Shown here: positions 29,201-38,476 of the stretch, piece by piece
How positions within the stretch are numbered: the first letter of the stretch is position 1
Layout: each line of letters starts with the position of its first letter
Assembly: GCA_002453155.1 (NCBI GenBank)
Contig: DKGG01000032.1
Span: forward strand, 16,730-80,729
Origin: Bdellovibrionaceae bacterium UBA6776
GTDB lineage: Bacteria; Bdellovibrionota; Bdellovibrionia; Bdellovibrionales; UBA1609
Direction of reading: 5' to 3'
DNA: 64,000 nucleotides
The notes under the pieces: generated by a model
What the model was told of the DNA's origin: nothing
The model's database searches: none
Seen by the model: the letters and a program-made list of their open reading frames with translations, nothing else
Program-made: the position numbers and the translations under genes

Positions 29201-30225
29201 GAATCGCGGCTGAGCAAATATTCCGCGATTTGAATTCCGTTGAGGGCAGCGCCCTTGAGCAAATTGTCAGCCACGACCCACATGCGCCAACGGTTGGTGC
29301 CGTAAAAGTCTTTTTGAACGCGGCTGACAGAAACTTCATTCACTCCGGAAAGTTCCCGTGGGGTTTCAAAGGCCGTCAATTCTTCCTTCACGCGAATGCC
29401 CGCATGATCTCTAAGAGCTGCGATCAAATCATCCCTTTGAACGTTGGCTTCCAACTCCACCCAAACAGCTTCAGCGTGAGAGTTCCAGCTGGGAATGCGC
29501 ACGGTAAAAGCGCTGACTCGCAAATCGGGAAGTTCCAAAATCTTTTTGGTTTCATTGACGATTTTGACCTCTTCCGAACAAAAACCATCTTCGTCAAAAG
29601 ACCCCACCTTAGGGACACAATTGAAGGCAGGAGTTTTGCCAAAGGTACTTGAGGTCTTTGAAGCGTCCTCTATGGGGTTGTCCTTTTTCAAATCTTCTAG
29701 AAGTTGATCCGCAAGTTCCTTTTGACCGGCCATTCCGGCGCCACTGACAGACTGATAGGACGCCACTTGCACCGATTGAAGTCCAAAGTTTTTCAAAGCG
29801 TTCAATGCCATGACCAATTGAATGGTCGAGCAATTGGGGTTGGCGATAATGGTTGGATTTGCAGGTATGCGAGCGCCATTGATTTCGGGAACGATCAATT
29901 CATGGCGAGAGCTCATTCGAAAAGCAGCGGAGTTGTCGATGGCGAAAGCTCCAGCTTGAGCGGCCTTTGGTGCCCATTCTTTGGAGATGTCATCGCCCGA
30001 GGAAAAAAACACCACGTCCAGTCCGTGAAAGCGCTCTTCACTCAATTCTTCAATGGGGAACTCTTTGTCACCCACTTTGCGAGTTTGCCCGAGAGAGCGT
30101 TCGCTGGCAAAAAGGCGAACGTCACCAAAGGGAAAGTTTCGTTTTTCAATCAAGTTTAAAAAGCTTTCGCCCACCATGCCGGTGGCGCCGACAACACCAA
30201 TGTTAATGGGTGATTTCATTTTCAT
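29197..30225 (-). CDS. asd: aspartate-semialdehyde dehydrogenase
   Basis: GATGMVG, DNSAAFRM, NPNCSTI, YQSVSGAG, DNLLKGAA. Confidence 0.96.
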   Translation of the reverse strand: MKMKSPINIGVVGATGMVGESFLNLIEKRNFPFGDVRLFASERSLGQTRKVGDKEFPIEELSEERFHGLDVVFFSSGDDISKEWAPKAAQAGAFAIDNSAAFRMSSRHELIVPEINGARIPANPTIIANPNCSTIQLVMALNALKNFGLQSVQVASYQSVSGAGMAGQKELADQLLEDLKKDNPIEDASKTSSTFGKTPAFNCVPKVGSFDEDGFCSEEVKIVNETKKILELPDLRVSAFTVRIPSWNSHAEAVWVELEANVQRDDLIAALRDHAGIRVKEELTAFETPRELSGVNEVSVSRVQKDFYGTNRWRMWVVADNLLKGAALNGIQIAEYLLSRDS

Positions 30226-30997
30226 CTTCCCCTTCGGTCTCAAATTGTTGGTAACCTCTTCGGTTTTTGCGAATGTTGCGGCCCAACTTAAAAACTCCAA
30301 AAATGGCGCCGAGGAGGGCGTAAGAGAGGAACAAAATAAACAGGGTCACTTCAGGTCGAATGGCAACGATGGCGACCAAGAACACTCCGACCACCAAATA
30401 GGTGAAGGGAAGGCGTTCTTTCAAATCCATATCTTTAAAAGAGCGATAACGAAAATTGGAAACCATGACCACTCCCAAAAGAAAGGTCATCCCTAAAAGG
30501 CCAATGGAGCGGACGGGGTCCATTTCTAAATCTTGAAAGGCCAAAACCGAAGACGCCACAATACCGGCTGCCATGGGAATGGGAAGGCCTTGAAAATAGC
30601 CTTTCTCTGCAGTTTCTTCTTGGACATTGAAGCGAGCCAGGCGAAGTGCTCCGCAGGCCATATAGAAAAAGGTGGCCAGCCAACCCAATCGGCCAAAAGG
30701 TTCCAAAGACCACAAGAATAACAATACCGCTGGAGCAACACCAAAACTGACCAAGTCACTTAAGGAATCGTATTCTGCACCAAAGCGACTGGTGGAGTTC
30801 ATCCAGCGCGCCACACGGCCATCCATCTGGTCAAATAGAGCTGCGGCCACAATGGCGTAAGCCGCCCATTCCACTTTGCCATTGATGGTGTAGATGATGG
30901 CGAAGAAGCCAAAAAACATATTGAGGGTGGTTAATAAATTCGGAAGCACGTAAATGGAAAGGTTGCGTCTCTCAGAAGGCGGTTCCTCATAGGACAT
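30203..30997 (-). CDS. pssA: CDP-diacylglycerol--serine O-phosphatidyltransferase
   Basis: LPNLLT, DGRVAR..S.FGAEYDSLSD, RLARFN, FQGLP. Confidence 0.93.
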   Translation of the reverse strand: MSYEEPPSERRNLSIYVLPNLLTTLNMFFGFFAIIYTINGKVEWAAYAIVAAALFDQMDGRVARWMNSTSRFGAEYDSLSDLVSFGVAPAVLLFLWSLEPFGRLGWLATFFYMACGALRLARFNVQEETAEKGYFQGLPIPMAAGIVASSVLAFQDLEMDPVRSIGLLGMTFLLGVVMVSNFRYRSFKDMDLKERLPFTYLVVGVFLVAIVAIRPEVTLFILFLSYALLGAIFGVFKLGRNIRKNRRGYQQFETEGEDENEITH

Positions 30998-31635
30998 TAT
31001 AAAGCTCCAAACAAAAAGAATAATCCGTAAGTTAGGCTTGAGCTTAATATCGGAAAGATCAAATTGTCATCCAGCTTAAAAATGGGGACCAGTTCGGAGA
31101 AGGCGCCAATCACGCCCACAAGGACAGAGGCCAATACAAGGCGATCTTGAAACATGTCGAAATAGGTGAAGTACGCCAATGCAAGCACGCAGCAAGCTGC
31201 AAAGGCCGCTGAGGTTCCCGCAAGAGATTTGTTGCCAATGAGTTTGTCTTTTCCTCCATAGCGAATGCCCACCAATGCGGCGACAGGGTCTGCTACGGCA
31301 AGCATAGAAAGCGTGAGGAGCAGCACCTCTTTTGGAAAAAAGGCGATGGAAATGGTGACTCCAATCAACATGGAAGAAGCTGCTGTGAGGGAGTGAGTTT
31401 CTTGTTGTCTGAGGAAAGGCTTAAAAAGGCGGATCAGAAGTCGATTTAAGGCCGGAATGAACAGTCTGAGAGCATCCATTCCACCCAGGGTGACCGTGAC
31501 TCCAATGGCGACCATGAGAGCCTGTTCGCGGTTCAAAAAGACGTAGAGAGCCACCATCGCGGCGACGCCTGCGAAATGCCACACCCGCCGAAGAAGGTGG
31601 TAATCGGTCGATTTTGATTCAATCACATTGGACAT
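30997..31635 (-). CDS. dolichol/phytol/diacylglycerol kinase-family membrane protein (CTP-dependent)
   Basis: RRVWH, ADPVAALVG..YG, KSLAG, DDNL..P. Confidence 0.82.
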   Translation of the reverse strand: MSNVIESKSTDYHLLRRVWHFAGVAAMVALYVFLNREQALMVAIGVTVTLGGMDALRLFIPALNRLLIRLFKPFLRQQETHSLTAASSMLIGVTISIAFFPKEVLLLTLSMLAVADPVAALVGIRYGGKDKLIGNKSLAGTSAAFAACCVLALAYFTYFDMFQDRLVLASVLVGVIGAFSELVPIFKLDDNLIFPILSSSLTYGLFFLFGAL

Positions 31636-31811
31636 AAAGCCCGGTACTTTAAGCTGATTCCCTGAGGGGGGCAAGGGGCTAATCACCTGTCGAATCCTTG
31701 ATCACTTGGGCCGTGAGGAAGGGGGATTTTAAGACGTGATTTCAGGGGGTTATGAGGAGGCGGGCGGTCTGGGCTTTGCATCTGTAGGGATTAGGGACTT
31801 TAGGGGGAAAA

Positions 31812-32639
31812 ATGGCAATACCAAATCTAAAATGGATCTATGGAGTTCTGCTGAGTTTGATCTGCGTCTCCAGCCACGTGATGGCCGAGGATCTGTATGG
31901 GTCCCATCCGGGTTACATTGCCGATGTGGAGAAGGAAAAATTCACCATTGATACAGAAGTGGTTTTGATTGAGAAGCCTCAGGCGTTGAAGACCGAGTCG
32001 CGTGAAATTTTTGACGATCGATTGACCAAAGAATTTCGCACTCAGTTTGAGTATCGTTTTGGTGTGACCGAGATGGAGCAAACTTTGAACTCTCCAGGGC
32101 GTTCGGAGGAGTATCTGTATTCGTCGGGAAAGATTGTTTCTCTTCATGAGTACCAGCAAGAGCAGCAGGCCTTTGGTGAGTACATGGCTAGGCGTTTGGT
32201 GGAGCATCATGTGGATCACTGGGCGAAGTCCACTCCACAAATTCGACCGGTTTATGAGTTGAAGGACAAGATGACCAAGCTCGATATGGAAGTGAAGAAG
32301 GGTTACAAAGTGAAGTTGAAGTACTCGCTTTCGGGTGGGCACATGGATTTTGATTTGGACAATCCTTTGGATATGGATGCGCGATTGCGGTTGGAAATGG
32401 GCGGTGGATTTTTGGCATCGCGAACTGAGGAAACGGTCATTTCTTTGGGGGGACCTGTGGGTTCTTTGTGGAGAGTGAATACCGTGGTGCGCTTTTATGA
32501 TGGCATTGTTCAGGTGGTGGGGACTCGTCGAATCACTCCCGCTTTGAGTGCTTCTATTACGGGATCTACCGATTCAAAAGAGTCTGGGTATTCCGAGCAG
32601 CAAGATTTGATCCTGGTTGGGTTCGTTTACAACAACTGA
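31812..32639 (+). CDS. hypothetical exported protein, possibly with a C-terminal beta-barrel
   Basis: Signal peptide; amphipathic strands ending LVGFVYNN; sigma54-like GGTCTGGGCTTTGC at 31766-31779. Confidence 0.65.
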   Translation: MAIPNLKWIYGVLLSLICVSSHVMAEDLYGSHPGYIADVEKEKFTIDTEVVLIEKPQALKTESREIFDDRLTKEFRTQFEYRFGVTEMEQTLNSPGRSEEYLYSSGKIVSLHEYQQEQQAFGEYMARRLVEHHVDHWAKSTPQIRPVYELKDKMTKLDMEVKKGYKVKLKYSLSGGHMDFDLDNPLDMDARLRLEMGGGFLASRTEETVISLGGPVGSLWRVNTVVRFYDGIVQVVGTRRITPALSASITGSTDSKESGYSEQQDLILVGFVYNN

Positions 32640-32702
32640 TGTGAGTGGGCTTGAAGTCTTCTTTTGGTGACACTTTTCAATTGAGAATATAATTTTTATT
32701 GA

Positions 32703-33173
32703 ATGATTTGTTGGACGAGCTTGAAGAGGCGGTTCTCTTTTGAAGTTTTATTGGTGATCCTCCTTTTGGGCTCTGGTCTTGCGATGTATTTTTGGGGATT
32801 TCACAATTCTTTAGATGCAAGGTTCTATTATTCTCAAGGAGAATCCTTGCGGTTTTTTGAGGGTTTGACGACCGTTGAGGTTGAAAAATATAAGAGACAG
32901 GAAATTTTCGATTTTTTGTTTATTGCGGCCTACTCGGGTTTGTTTGTTCGTGTTCTTGGTCTGCTTTTTCCGAAGAAATTATTATTGAAAAGTTTAGGTC
33001 TGGTTCCTGGTGTGTTGGATGTCATTGAGACGGTCACCATCATGCTTGTGTTGCTGGGCATTGTTCCTTTAGCTCCTTTAGGGCTTGGTTTTGTGACCGG
33101 CGCCAAATGGGTGGCCTCAGGTCTTGTACTGTTGTTTGTTGCAGTTGCAAGTGTAAGACGAAAGTTTATTTAA
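32703..33173 (+). CDS. hypothetical membrane protein
   Basis: Four hydrophobic segments; LDARFYY, DFLFIAAY, DVIET. Confidence 0.65.
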   Translation: MICWTSLKRRFSFEVLLVILLLGSGLAMYFWGFHNSLDARFYYSQGESLRFFEGLTTVEVEKYKRQEIFDFLFIAAYSGLFVRVLGLLFPKKLLLKSLGLVPGVLDVIETVTIMLVLLGIVPLAPLGLGFVTGAKWVASGLVLLFVAVASVRRKFI

Positions 33174-33227
33174 ACGGAGTGGACCAACAGAAAGCCTTTT
33201 GACTTGAGAATTTCGTTTGCTTTTAGA

Positions 33228-33698
33228 TCAAGTTGAGGATGGTTGAAATTTAGTTGGCCTGGGTTTGTATTTCCAAAATTTGAAAACCTCCAGTTCGTTA
33301 CGAAAGATGTAATTGTTCACATTCCAGGTTTCTCGACCCCAGCTCAAAACTTTTGTGTAGGGTCGGAATTTCCAAAGCCCTCTTCCCAATTTTCTTGCGA
33401 TCAGACCGGTCAGTGCACGGATAAATTTGATGTATGAGAGTCTGTCAAAAAATCGAATTAGAAGGTGAATGTGATCTTTTTGTACACTCCAAGTTAGGAG
33501 TTTGTGGTGAAAGTTGGCGGCCTGTTTTTCCAGAGTTTGCTGAATAAAATTCCGGTGCTTGAAGAGTGTATTTTTATGGGCTTTAAGGACCAAGTGGGTT
33601 GGTCGACGAGAAGAAAGAATTCGTTTTTGCTTTCCTGAATTTTGCAAAGATTCGCCACATTCCAAATTTGGTTTAGGAATAAGACTCAATTGTTTCAT
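33228..33698 (-). mobile_element. HUH/Y1 tyrosine transposase (IS200-like / RAYT-like)
   Basis: HLVLK, HUH motif DHIHLL, FIRALTGLIARK, LWKFRPY, catalytic NYIFRN. AGGAG RBS before ATG 33698. Confidence 0.85.
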
Positions 33699-33854
33699 TT
33701 TTGAGCTCCTTTCTGCATTTGCGAGGGGCTTTTGTTTTAGCAATTCAAAATTAGGGAAATTTTCTTGAAGTGAAATTTACCACGACTTTTTTAAAACGCA
33801 TTTTTTGGTTTTTTATAAGATGTTCTTACATTTGAAAAAATCAGTAAGAGAGAG

Positions 33855-34424
33855 TTGAGTCGCGCTGTGACTTCGCACATTGAATGTAAATTCATGAAAT
33901 GTTCCCGGTCGTGCATGTGGCAAAAATCCCTTGCAGGAGGGATTCTCATGACTCAAAAAGACGTCAATAAAAATATTCATATTTTTTGTGAGAAGTTCGG
34001 CAAATGCCAGAGCCCTCTCGATGAGAGATTGGGCGGCTCTTTCATGGAACATTGAGCTGTCGTGTGACTTCGCTCACGGTTTGCAAATTCAAAGAATGTT
34101 TCCGATCGGGCAGTCTAAAGAAACACTGTGGGGAAAGGATTTTGAGGTAGGTTTTATTGGAGGGAATTCTTTAAATTCTAGAGGTCCATTAAAGGTCCAA
34201 GTAGTAGAAGCGAAAAACGTAAAATTTGGGTCTTGAGGAGAAGAGAAGAGGTGGATCTCCAAACATCAGAGATACATGTGCCGAACAGCAGACTCTTTCA
34301 CGGGACATTGAACTGCCTTGTGACTTCGCTCACGGTTTGCAAATTCAAAGAATGTTTCCGATCGGGCAGTCTAAAGAAACTCTGTGGGGAAAGGATTTTG
34401 AGGTAGGTTTTATTGGAGGGAATT
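33855..34424. repeat. array of three long direct repeats upstream of the transposase
   Basis: 34037-34168 and 34293-34424 match at 126 of 132 positions. A degenerate ungapped copy lies at about 33855-33945 (38/50 identity over the core starting TGTGACTTCGC). Confidence 0.9.
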
Positions 34425-34540
34425 TAGGCGATGAAATTAAAGTTTGGAAGAAGAAGGAAGAGATCACTTAAGAGAGAGATCAAATATTATAAACAAACAA
34501 CGAGGTTGGAACTCAGATATTTGGGAACAACACCAAACAA

Positions 34541-35002
34541 TCACAACAAAATTTGAAGCTTCAAAGGAGTGGGAACCTTCTCAAGGCGCAAGTGAATCTC
34601 ATTCGCCCCATCGATCAAAGAAACCAAATCCGAATAAATGCCAGCTTGAGACTTAAACAGCGTAGACTGGTAACCATTCGTCAAATTGATCAATTCCAAG
34701 GGCAACTGATCGCCACAGTTTAAAAACTGAATCTGAACCTTCTTGCTCTTCACCTTTAAAGCCGTCAAAGTATGATCCAAAATCTGATCACAGCTGACCT
34801 CAAGCTTCTCAATACTTGGCGCAACATCCTCCACAGCGGGAGACGCGCCAATCCCCTCTGTAATGCTCGCAGGAATACGCCCAATTGTGGTTTGAGCCAC
34901 AGATTTAAAATCAAACATCGAATGCAGATTGACCGCAAAAAGAAGCAGAGCGAAGACGCCAGTCATCCAGGTGAGGTGTTTCAGCTCTTGAAGTTTTCCC
35001 AT
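34541..35002 (-). CDS. hypothetical membrane-anchored protein
   Basis: N-terminal TM, RIPAS linker, small beta-rich domain (LINLTNGY...LIDGANEI). Confidence 0.7.
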   Translation of the reverse strand: MGKLQELKHLTWMTGVFALLLFAVNLHSMFDFKSVAQTTIGRIPASITEGIGASPAVEDVAPSIEKLEVSCDQILDHTLTALKVKSKKVQIQFLNCGDQLPLELINLTNGYQSTLFKSQAGIYSDLVSLIDGANEIHLRLEKVPTPLKLQILL

Positions 35003-35115
35003 AGACATCTTGTCGGATGTCAAAGCTCTGACACTCAAGCCCAGAGCGGAAAATGCACATTTTCTAGATCGGAGAAACGACCAATTTGTTTCGAGATGAA
35101 ACTATCAATTGTCTC

Positions 35116-35760
35116 TTATTGAGATGACAGTCTCTCTTTGAGAATCCTTTGAGCCATTTCGGAAGGACTTTCTGTCAAAAACATGCCGGAAAGTTTGCGT
35201 TCTTGAATCACATCCCTTGGAACTTTGATATCCGCACGGGCGATTTTTTCGATGGTAGCCTTTAATTCAGGCTGAATGCGCGCCTCTGCCTGAATTTCAC
35301 CCATAATGTTTTCCAGCATAAACGTATAGGTGGCCAAGGTGACGGTGCTGACTCCAAGGCTTCGATCAAAAGCTTGAATTCCTTCCTCGGCCAATTCGTC
35401 AATCACCCGGTAATAGGATCTATACACGGCCAGTTCTCGTCGAACTTCCGGCACCAATTTGGCCACATAATTTTCCGCATCGGGCCGAGAGAAGATCATC
35501 CGCAAAGCCTTTTTCAAATTCACAAAGCCCGAGGCTTCCGCTTCGGGATCTTCATCAGCGACCGCAAAATCTTGCTTGGCAAACCGGATGTACTTTCGAA
35601 CCTGATCCTGCATTTGCTCCAGGTCCATCAACATCAACTTGTGGTAATTCAGGTCTCCCACGCGGGGAGGATTGATCACACGCTTTTCAGGCGTGGAGCA
35701 CCCCATCAAGATTGAAGACATTCCCAGGGTCAGGCACAAAAATAAGGCTGCATTTTTCAT
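35116..35760 (-). CDS. hypothetical lipoprotein
   Basis: Lipobox LMGC; helical body with IFSRPD. Confidence 0.75.
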   Translation of the reverse strand: MKNAALFLCLTLGMSSILMGCSTPEKRVINPPRVGDLNYHKLMLMDLEQMQDQVRKYIRFAKQDFAVADEDPEAEASGFVNLKKALRMIFSRPDAENYVAKLVPEVRRELAVYRSYYRVIDELAEEGIQAFDRSLGVSTVTLATYTFMLENIMGEIQAEARIQPELKATIEKIARADIKVPRDVIQERKLSGMFLTESPSEMAQRILKERLSSQ

Positions 35761-35921
35761 AGTTTTATTAAAACAGAAATTAAAAAAGAGTCATCCGACC
35801 AAGGTCGAGATTTCGGACGGCGTTTTTTCCTACTGAGATTGAAATTTCTATGTCACAATCCGAGGATTGAAAGTAAAGATGGATTAGGAACTAAAGAAAC
35901 CAACTTTTGGAGGACTCTACT

Positions 35922-36677
35922 TTGAAACGCACAATTGGATTATTCGCAGCCGTTTTTGTTTTGGCAGGTCTTACGGGCTGTTCGTCATATTTGGAAAAGA
36001 CCATGAAGGACAATCCCGAAATTCTTTACAATGCAATCAAAGCGCACCCTAAGGAATTTTTGGACACAGTGAACGAAGCCGTGGAATTGGCCAAAGCAGA
36101 AATGCAAAAGCAAGCCATGGAAGAAGAATTTAAAAACCGCAAAGAGCCCGTGATTGAAGAAGATCGCGCCATTTTCGGTCCTAAAGATGCGAAAATTACC
36201 ATCGTAGAATACTCTGATTTTCAGTGCCCGTTCTGCTCTCGCGGATATGACACCATGAAGGCTCTCGAGCAAAAGTACGGGGACAAAATTCGTGTGATCT
36301 ACAAGCATTTGCCTCTAGAAATGCACCCACAAGCTATGCCTGCAGCTCAATACTTTGAAGCGATTGCTCTTCAGGATCATGGAAAAGCTCAAAAGTTTCA
36401 TGACATGGTTTTTGAAAACCAACAGGAGCTTAACGAAAAGAAAGAAAAGTTCCTAGATGAAGCCGCTAAAAAAGTGGGCGCGGATTTGGCGAAAGTGAAA
36501 AAAGACATTAAAACCGACGCCGTCAACGACCGCATTAAAAAAGACATGGCTGAAGCTCAAAAGTTTGGCTTTAGCGGAACTCCAGGCTTCCTTGTGAACG
36601 GCATCGCAGTTCGCGGAGCGGTTCCTCCTCAGCACTTTGAATCCATCATTGAGCGCCTTGAAAGCGACAAGGAATAA
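35922..36677 (+). CDS. DsbA-family thiol:disulfide oxidoreductase lipoprotein
   Basis: Lipobox LTGC, EYSDFQCPFC, GTPGF. Confidence 0.92.
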   Translation: MKRTIGLFAAVFVLAGLTGCSSYLEKTMKDNPEILYNAIKAHPKEFLDTVNEAVELAKAEMQKQAMEEEFKNRKEPVIEEDRAIFGPKDAKITIVEYSDFQCPFCSRGYDTMKALEQKYGDKIRVIYKHLPLEMHPQAMPAAQYFEAIALQDHGKAQKFHDMVFENQQELNEKKEKFLDEAAKKVGADLAKVKKDIKTDAVNDRIKKDMAEAQKFGFSGTPGFLVNGIAVRGAVPPQHFESIIERLESDKE

Positions 36678-36684
36678 GATTGAA

Positions 36685-37404
36685 TTAAAGCTGAATTTTC
36701 AAAGGGGAGTTGGCAATGCCAACTCCTTTTTTTTCATCGATCCAGCAGGGAAAAGCACTGATCTGAACTCCCTGTTCATGGGCCACGCGTAAGAGCCGCG
36801 CATATTCTGGATCAATTTCCTCACAGGGTGAAAAGGTCTCACAGTCCGTTCTTTGAATGACAAAAAAGATTTCTGCGCCAAAGCCTTGATTCTTCAGTTC
36901 CATCAATTCTTCCAAGTGTTTTTGGCCGCGCGTGGTGACGGCATCAGGAAACAAAGCCACTCCGTCCTCTGCCATGGTCACATTTTTGATTTCTATAAAG
37001 TGCAGGTTGCAGCCCTCTTTAAAATCTTCGTCCGAAGGAGCCAAGACCATATCCAAACGGGTTTTTGCATGGATCTTGTGTTCCATTTTGCAAAATTTAA
37101 AATTCTTCCAGGCGGGATTCTGCCCACTTTCCCAAAAGCTTTGAACCAATCCGTTTGGAAGCGAAGTGTTCACGCCCACCCAAGAAGATTCGGTTTTCAA
37201 AAATTGCAAAGTCCCTTTGAGTTTGCGGTTGGGATCATCGGTCGGAGTGTAAAGGCAAGGCGCACCTTCATTGAGGCAGCCTTTCATGCTTCCGGTGTTG
37301 GGCACATGAATGGTTAGAGGACCCTTGTCCGTTTCGATGTCCGCAAAAAAGCGTTTGTAGCGTTTGATAAAAGTGGCAGTTTCTAGGTTTGGAATTTGTT
37401 TCAT
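36685..37404 (-). CDS. sfsA: DNA/RNA nuclease SfsA
   Basis: RYKRFFAD, HVPNTGSM, EIKNVT, FPDAVTTRGQKHL. Confidence 0.94.
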   Translation of the reverse strand: MKQIPNLETATFIKRYKRFFADIETDKGPLTIHVPNTGSMKGCLNEGAPCLYTPTDDPNRKLKGTLQFLKTESSWVGVNTSLPNGLVQSFWESGQNPAWKNFKFCKMEHKIHAKTRLDMVLAPSDEDFKEGCNLHFIEIKNVTMAEDGVALFPDAVTTRGQKHLEELMELKNQGFGAEIFFVIQRTDCETFSPCEEIDPEYARLLRVAHEQGVQISAFPCWIDEKKGVGIANSPLKIQL

Positions 37405-37555
37405 CTCGACGGTATAGCCACAGATCCCTCCAGATTGCAGGTCCTTCGCCCTATGACGCGCCATTCAATCCCCTTGAGGGCCAAAGATTTGCCCCCTCGC
37501 AGTGGACTTTTTTATAAACTGTGAGAGATTGAGACCTCAAAATAAGGAGCCTGAA

Positions 37556-38476
37556 ATGCCAGAAGCTTTAAAGCCCCGGCCGAGCCGTTTGCCAAAGCCG
37601 GCCTGGCTCAAAATCCGCCCCGCAGCTGGGGAACGGTATTTGGAGCTGAAAGAACTTTTAAAAGGTTTGAATTTGGCCACCGTCTGCCAAGAAGCACAAT
37701 GTCCTAATATAGGTGAGTGTTGGGCCGGAGGCACAGCCACCATCATGTTGATGGGCGAAGTGTGCACCCGTGGATGCCGATTTTGCAATGTGAAAACAGG
37801 GAATCCCAAGGGAGTTTTGGACCTGGAAGAGCCACAAAAAGTGGCATATGCAGTTTCCAAAATGGATTTGGATTACGTGGTTTTGACCAGTGTGGATCGG
37901 GACGACGTAGAAGATGAAGGTTCGGGACATTTTGCGGAAACAGTTCGTCGCCTGAAAGACCTCTCACCAGATTTGATCGTAGAAGTTTTAACTCCAGATT
38001 TTAAAGGCAATCCCGAATACGTTCAAAAAATTGTCGATGCCAAACCGGATGTGTTCGCTCACAATGTAGAGACTGTGGAGCGTCTGACAAAAAGAGTGCG
38101 AGATCCCAGAGCGGGATACCGTCAATCTTTAGATGTGCTTCAAATGGTAAAAAAAATGGATGCCACTCGTTACACCAAATCCTCCATCATGTTGGGGTTG
38201 GGTGAAACAGAGGACGAAGTTCGTCAAACTTTGAAAGATCTTCGCGAGGTGGATTGTGACGTGGTGACTTTTGGTCAGTACTTGCAACCTCGCAAAAGAC
38301 ATTTGCCGGTGGAAGATTTTATTTCTCCGGAAAAGTTTCAAGAGTGGCAAAAGGAAGCGGAGGCCATGGGATTTCTTTATGTGGCCAGCGGTCCTTTGGT
38401 TCGAAGTTCCTATCGAGCCGGCGAGTTTTTTATGAAGGGTGTAATTGAAAAAAGAAGATTGAAGGAGGGATTTTAA
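37556..38476 (+). CDS. lipA: lipoyl synthase
   Basis: CQEAQCPNIGEC, CTRGCRFC, VRSSYRA. Confidence 0.97.
   Translation: MPEALKPRPSRLPKPAWLKIRPAAGERYLELKELLKGLNLATVCQEAQCPNIGECWAGGTATIMLMGEVCTRGCRFCNVKTGNPKGVLDLEEPQKVAYAVSKMDLDYVVLTSVDRDDVEDEGSGHFAETVRRLKDLSPDLIVEVLTPDFKGNPEYVQKIVDAKPDVFAHNVETVERLTKRVRDPRAGYRQSLDVLQMVKKMDATRYTKSSIMLGLGETEDEVRQTLKDLREVDCDVVTFGQYLQPRKRHLPVEDFISPEKFQEWQKEAEAMGFLYVASGPLVRSSYRAGEFFMKGVIEKRRLKEGF

Noticed and set aside
33228-33698. IS605/TnpB RNA-guided element
   Set aside because: No tnpB or iscB ORF is adjacent and no clear paired IS-end hairpins were found.
33855-34424. CRISPR array interpretation of the repeat-spacer structure
   Set aside because: The repeats (~130 bp) and spacers (~90-124 bp) are far too long and irregular, there are only three units, and no cas genes are present in the window.
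33988-34471. Two ~82-aa ORFs sharing CDFAHGLQIQRMFPIGQSKETLWGKDFEVGFIGGN
   Set aside because: The similarity follows directly from the DNA repeat. The starts are GTG/TTG with no clear RBS, and the degenerate first copy has a stop in this frame. Not called as genes, although two of the six differences are synonymous, so coding is not fully excluded.
35784-35807. Small hairpin TCCGACCAAGGTCGAGATTTCGGA between divergent genes
   Set aside because: It is short, single-copy in the window and within chance expectation.
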